Of a DNA stretch of 32,000 nucleotides, positions 27,722 through 32,000 are shown in pieces; the first letter of the stretch is position 1, and every line of letters starts with the position of its first letter. This stretch comes from Nostoc sp. PCC 7120 = FACHB-418 (GTDB lineage Bacteria; Cyanobacteriota; Cyanobacteriia; Cyanobacteriales; Nostocaceae): positions 3,510,001-3,542,000 of the forward strand of contig NC_003272.1 in assembly GCF_000009705.1 (NCBI RefSeq). Direction: 5' to 3'. The position numbers were made by a program, and so were the translations under genes. Below the pieces are notes generated by a model. It was not told where the DNA came from. It was given only the letters and a program-made list of their open reading frames with translations, and made no database searches.

Positions 27722-29977
27722 CTACACATCTTGCAGCGTGAAATAAAACGTACTACCTTCGCCGTAGGTTGACTCCACCCAAATTTTACCGCCGTGTCGT
27801 TCGACAATTTTTTTGGCTATGGTGAGTCCTGCACCTGTACCACCGCCATATTTGCTAGGGCTGTGTAGTCGTTTGAAGATGCGGAAAATAGTTTCAAAGT
27901 GTTTTTCTCGAATACCAATGCCATTATCTCGCACGTAAAATGTGGGTGGTAGCGGTGGATTGTCGATGTAGCCAATTTCAATCCATTTGTTGGCTTTGTC
28001 ATTGTATTTGATGGAGTTGGCAATCAGATTACTGAAGACTTCGCCGATTTGGATGCGATCGCAGTACACTACAGGCAGTAATTGTAAAATCCTAATTTCC
28101 ACCCCTGTCTCCTCAATTCGCCCACTTAACATATCTAGAATGCGATGCACAATTTCATTGAGGTCGGTGTCCTGCATGGATAAATCAACCCGTCCCAAAC
28201 GGGAAAAATGCAGCAGCGAATCAATCAAATCTTCCATCCGTTGGGTGAGACGAATCAGGGTGAGTAACTTTTCCTTTCCTGGTGCATCGATAATTTCGCC
28301 ATAATCTTCCATCAAAAAATTAGAATAATTATGAATTCCCCTTAGTGGTTCTTTCAAATCGTGAGAAGCGATATAAGCAAAAGCATCTAGTTCCTGATTG
28401 CTGCGTTCCAGTTCAATATTGAGCTGTGCTAGTTCATCCGCTTTTTGCAACACTATACCAATAATTGCGCTTCTTAACTCTAGTGCTGCATTCACTTCAT
28501 GAGATTTCCACGGTTGTGATTTTAAAAGTACAGTTTCTTTCCATAAATCAAAAGACTTGCGAGGTGATAGGCGTATTTCACCATTTGCTATAACTTCTAC
28601 AGGTTTATGAGGATTTCCTCCCCAATCTACAGTTCTTACCACCTCTGGCCGAAACCATAAAATATAGTTTTTCTGACTTCTAGAAATAGAAAGCGCTATC
28701 AAGCCGCTAGCCACATCCCGTAATTTTTCGGCATCTGGGTAAACTGTTGCGAGTGAATCTGTGGCAAAAATCTCCTCATGTATATTTTGACTCATCCATT
28801 CCACAAGAACTTGAATATCTGGCATGGGAGGAACTTGACCAACTGTACAAGAATTACCGTTAAAACAAACTGCTGCTCCTTGTGCTTTTACCAGGTCAAG
28901 TATATTCGGCTGATGGTCAATTAAGGCATTAATAAAGTCATTTTCAGCCGACATATATTGTACTAATTTGCTATGCACCGATTTCACTTGAATTTTATCT
29001 TCTGTATCCTCACTATCTTCTTTGGCACTCATTTCTACAGAAGTCATTTGTCCTAAAAATTCACAGGCGCTCCGTATTTCATAGGGTATATATTTTGGTG
29101 ATTGATGATGGCAGGCAATGAGTCCCCATAACTTCTGATTTTTCATGATTGAAATCGACATAGAAGCTGTCACGCCCATATTCTGCATATATTCAATGTG
29201 TAATGGGGAGACGCTGCGAAGAACTGAGCGACTTAAATCTAAAGGCTGGTCATTGAGGGGATTATTAATGGGAACAATTGGTACTGGTTGATATTTAGCA
29301 TCTGGGATTAACCTCAGCCAGTTTTGGCTATAGAGTTTTCTAGCTTGTTGTGGAATATCAGATGCTGGATAATTTAACCCTAAATAAGATGTAAGATATT
29401 CTGGTTTTACTTCGGCAATAACTTTACCATTCCACTGTTCATCAAAACGATAAACCATCACTCTATCAAAGCCAGTAATTTTCCGGACTTCTTGAGCTAA
29501 TATCTGGCTGATTTCTGTTGTGGTTGCTGTACCTTGTAGTTTTAGCATCGCTAGTTTTACAAGGTGATAAAATCGGAAAAACGAATGGGTTTTGTCTGAT
29601 AAATTAGCTTCTAATTCTAAAATTAACAAATTATTAGAACGATGGGCAATAACATCAAAACTAATGCTTTCGTTATGGGATTTTATAATAAATTCCAGGG
29701 GATTAATAATTTGTAAATCTTCCTGTGCCAAACAATCCTTTAATAAACTAAGTTGTTCCGCTTCTAGTAAACAGCTTAAATGTTGATTGAGTAACTGTTC
29801 GGGATGTCTTCCCAAAATATTGAATGTATTATTACTAACTTGCAGAATCGTTAAGTCTACTTCTTGTAATACTAAAAGTACTCCATGAGGTTGAATTAAC
29901 CCAGGAATATGAATTGGCTCTTTGCTACAGTTACTGAGGTCTACCTGAAAGGGAATAGTGATATCGTTGATGTTCAC
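27722..29977 (-). CDS. aphB: Cyanobacterial phytochrome of the bacteriophytochrome (CphB/AphB) class: PAS-GAF-PHY-HisKA-HATPase
   Basis: N-terminal [20 protein letters not shown] carries the BphP-type Cys (Cys17). The GAF motif [16 protein letters not shown] has Leu, not Cys, before the His. H-box [13 protein letters not shown], and ATPase motifs DNGIGI and GTGAGL. GTG start at 29977. The symbol comes from remembered PCC 7120 nomenclature. Confidence 0.9.
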   Translation of the reverse strand: MNINDITIPFQVDLSNCSKEPIHIPGLIQPHGVLLVLQEVDLTILQVSNNTFNILGRHPEQLLNQHLSCLLEAEQLSLLKDCLAQEDLQIINPLEFIIKSHNESISFDVIAHRSNNLLILELEANLSDKTHSFFRFYHLVKLAMLKLQGTATTTEISQILAQEVRKITGFDRVMVYRFDEQWNGKVIAEVKPEYLTSYLGLNYPASDIPQQARKLYSQNWLRLIPDAKYQPVPIVPINNPLNDQPLDLSRSVLRSVSPLHIEYMQNMGVTASMSISIMKNQKLWGLIACHHQSPKYIPYEIRSACEFLGQMTSVEMSAKEDSEDTEDKIQVKSVHSKLVQYMSAENDFINALIDHQPNILDLVKAQGAAVCFNGNSCTVGQVPPMPDIQVLVEWMSQNIHEEIFATDSLATVYPDAEKLRDVASGLIALSISRSQKNYILWFRPEVVRTVDWGGNPHKPVEVIANGEIRLSPRKSFDLWKETVLLKSQPWKSHEVNAALELRSAIIGIVLQKADELAQLNIELERSNQELDAFAYIASHDLKEPLRGIHNYSNFLMEDYGEIIDAPGKEKLLTLIRLTQRMEDLIDSLLHFSRLGRVDLSMQDTDLNEIVHRILDMLSGRIEETGVEIRILQLLPVVYCDRIQIGEVFSNLIANSIKYNDKANKWIEIGYIDNPPLPPTFYVRDNGIGIREKHFETIFRIFKRLHSPSKYGGGTGAGLTIAKKIVERHGGKIWVESTYGEGSTFYFTLQDV

Positions 29978-30019
29978 TTCTCAGTCCTTAAAATTACAAC
30001 CATTACCAAGACTTTTGAT

Positions 30020-30226
30020 TAGGACTTACGCGAACAGGTTATCTGTTGAGACCGGGTATCAGGGTATAGGGGAGCCAGTTGCGTGGACGGGTCTCCCTAC
30101 TTGTTTGCTGTTAAGCGTTCCCGCAGGTTACAAACTGGCGCGTGTAAGGGTTTTAAGCATTTATACCCTTATACTCCTACACCCTTGTCCAAACCCTTGA
30201 TCTTTCGTTTTCATGCGTAAGTCCTA
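30020..30226. mobile_element. 207-bp MITE with perfect 12-bp terminal inverted repeats and a 5-bp target-site duplication
   Basis: TAGGACTTACGC (30020-30031) and GCGTAAGTCCTA (30215-30226) are flanked by TTGAT at 30015-30019 and 30227-30231. The element is GC-richer than its flanks and has no credible ORF. Confidence 0.78.
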
Positions 30227-30445
30227 TTGATGTAACAATTATATTGAAGCATTAAAAAATACTGAATTCTTGTCCATCAAGAATACTTGACTGTCTCAGC
30301 ATAACAATTCGTGCAGATATGAGTAATCATCTCTTTACTCATTATTTGTACTTGTATACATGAGTAGGCTTAAATTCAATTCAAAATGCTAAATATAGCA
30401 GTAAGACTTTGCTTGTGGAAGTATAAATAAAGATGTAGTTGTATT

Positions 30446-30483
30446 AAATCAAATAAAGCGATCGCCATCCTATTTGATTTTTT
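30446..30483. terminator. AT-rich 10-bp perfect stem-loop downstream of the CDF gene, possibly a weak or bidirectional terminator
   Basis: AAATCAAATA (30446-30455) pairs with TATTTGATTT (30471-30480). The 15-nt loop contains a HIP1 site. A T run follows on the plus strand and a U-rich 3' stem arm on the minus strand. It lies 42 nt past the CDF stop. Confidence 0.3.
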
Positions 30484-30524
30484 CGCAGCTAGGCGCGATG
30501 AACACAGCCTTTTTCCCCTATTCT

Positions 30525-31427
30525 CTATTTCGATCCCGTTTCAAAACTGATTTGCTCAGACTCATAGTTTGGTGGTTCGACGTGAATGATAATCCTGACT
30601 GGACTGAAGCGTTCTTCTAGTCGTCTTTCGACTTCTTCGGTGATGCGATGAGCCGTTTCCACATCTGGCGCATCAACTATTAAGTGCATTTCCATGAAGA
30701 TTTGACGACCAAGGACACCCCGTGAGGCGATATCGTGACAATTAATTACCCCAGGTACAGCAACGGCGATCGCGTGTATGGCTTCTGGTGCGATCGCCAT
30801 TTGATCCACCAACCAAGGTAAATTCTCTTTTAACACTGACCAACCACTCCAAAATACCAACAACGCCACCGGAAAAGCTAACACTATATCTAGCCATTGA
30901 TACCCAAGCCAAACCCCAATCAAACCAAATATTACTGAGATTGTTACCCACACATCACTCATAGTATGAGTCGCATCGGCGATTAAGATTTGACTACCTA
31001 CCCGCTTACCTTCATTACGTTCATAGAACGCCACAAAAATATTTACGCCCAAAACAATCAGCAACAACCACAACTCAGGCGGTGAAATTCTGACAGGTGC
31101 GCCACCCTTGAGAATACGCTCAATCGCACCTTGGAGAATTTCAAAGCAGGCTATTCCTAAAAAGGCGGCGATTCCCAAAGCACCCACAGCTTCAAATTTG
31201 TGGTGTCCGTAAGGATGTTCGCGATCGGGATATGGAGAAGAAAAGCTACTGGCGAATAATCCGAGAATATTGTTAGCACTATCTGTCACACTATGCAACG
31301 CATCGGCTAACAAGCTGAGAGAACCAGTTAAATACCCTACAAATGCTTTTAACCCCATAACAAACAAGTTGAGCAGTAGGGTAATCAATAAAACTTTGCG
31401 TACCACCGCACGGTTATCGTAAGCCAT
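30525..31427 (-). CDS. Cation diffusion facilitator (CDF) family metal efflux transporter
   Basis: Six TM segments with HxxxD metal-site motifs in TM2 (HSVTDSANN) and TM5 (HTMSDVW), plus a C-terminal cytoplasmic domain (…HLIVDAPDVETAHRITEEVE…IIIHVEP). Confidence 0.9.
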   Translation of the reverse strand: MAYDNRAVVRKVLLITLLLNLFVMGLKAFVGYLTGSLSLLADALHSVTDSANNILGLFASSFSSPYPDREHPYGHHKFEAVGALGIAAFLGIACFEILQGAIERILKGGAPVRISPPELWLLLIVLGVNIFVAFYERNEGKRVGSQILIADATHTMSDVWVTISVIFGLIGVWLGYQWLDIVLAFPVALLVFWSGWSVLKENLPWLVDQMAIAPEAIHAIAVAVPGVINCHDIASRGVLGRQIFMEMHLIVDAPDVETAHRITEEVERRLEERFSPVRIIIHVEPPNYESEQISFETGSK

Positions 31428-32000
31428 AGATATTTTTAAACACCCAGTTCTATGACTTCTAAGTTTACTTCTAATGTAGATATTTAAACATCAATCAAAT
31501 GTATCAAAGTCTTACACTGTAAGACTTATATATCTCTGTTATCGTTAATTGAATATCTATTTTATTGAGATTAATTATAGTTTAAAACTGTCATAACATA
31601 GTTAGACAGTAGTAATTATTTGAAAGAATACAGCATATTTTTATCATTAAGAGTCAGCCGTCAACCTTCCGGGTGACGCTCAAGAGCGTCGCTACCGCTC
31701 GCAATCTTCCCTACGGGACACTTTGTGAAGGCGCAGTATCTGTCTTTGCTACGCAACGCTACCGCGAACTTACAGAAGAATGCGACTGCCGCACAGTCAA
31801 TAGTGATTCTTCATCTCCCTCACCCTCCGTTTTTCTGGGGAAATGGACAAAAAATGCCAAACTGGCTGAATTGGACGTAGGAAAATTGTATTCTGTATTT
31901 TAGGTAACTGTTTTGCGATAAATTTTTTGTCTGTGAAAATAGTATCTGGGGTTAAGAAATGGTAATAAATCTTCAATCTTCTAACGGCAAAGTTCAAAAA

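Noticed and set aside
29958-30200. 80-aa plus-strand ORF upstream of the phytochrome.
   Set aside because: It is almost entirely inside the 207-bp MITE and overlaps the phytochrome start on the opposite strand, so it is not credible as a gene.
31655-31997. GC-rich patch (31655-31800) with small hairpins (GACGCTC-AAG-AGCGTC) and GCTACGCAACGCTACCGCGAAC-type motifs, plus two overlapping ORFs (31673-31903 plus strand, 31797-31997 minus strand).
   Set aside because: It looks like another repeat-derived insertion in the CDF upstream region, but I could not define termini or a duplication. The ORFs have no recognisable features and mutually overlap.

Overview
This looks like core chromosomal DNA of a heterocyst-forming Nostoc/Anabaena-type cyanobacterium. 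The HIP1 palindrome GCGATCGC occurs at least about 25 times by eye, and tandem heptamer (STRR) arrays sit at most gene boundaries. Left to right: the 3' end of cmpA plus cmpB-cmpC-cmpD (CmpA/NrtA-family bicarbonate/nitrate ABC transporter) ending in a strong intrinsic terminator; a YegS-type lipid kinase; exoD; a 16-repeat/15-spacer CRISPR array with no cas gene in the window; a 1141-aa CBS/histidine-kinase/multi-(pseudo)receiver protein divergent from kaiA(short form)-kaiB-kaiC; the TolC-like hgdD; two small hypotheticals; an S4-domain protein; an SDR oxidoreductase; a 498-aa repeat-containing hypothetical; tRNA-Val(GAC); a TPR protein; ruvB; hisF; a tightly packed three-gene light-sensing operon (bacteriophytochrome-type phytochrome, Rcp-like response regulator, REC-PAS-PAS-histidine kinase); and a cation diffusion facilitator. 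The gene order matches my memory of the Anabaena/Nostoc sp. PCC 7120 region around alr2877-all2899, which I have not verified. I found no convincing new protein-coding system; every large ORF belongs to a recognisable family. The clearly accessory content is the orphan CRISPR array, one repeat of which is split by a 134-bp MITE with a perfect 8-bp target duplication, and a second, unrelated 207-bp MITE with TIRs and a TSD just upstream of the phytochrome operon. Secondary observations are a pseudo-receiver-rich kinase beside a KaiA that lacks its own pseudo-receiver, STRR-derived hairpins inside an operon and over a stop codon, and several intergenic direct or inverted repeats. All calls come from reading the sequence and ORF translations by eye; no database search was possible.
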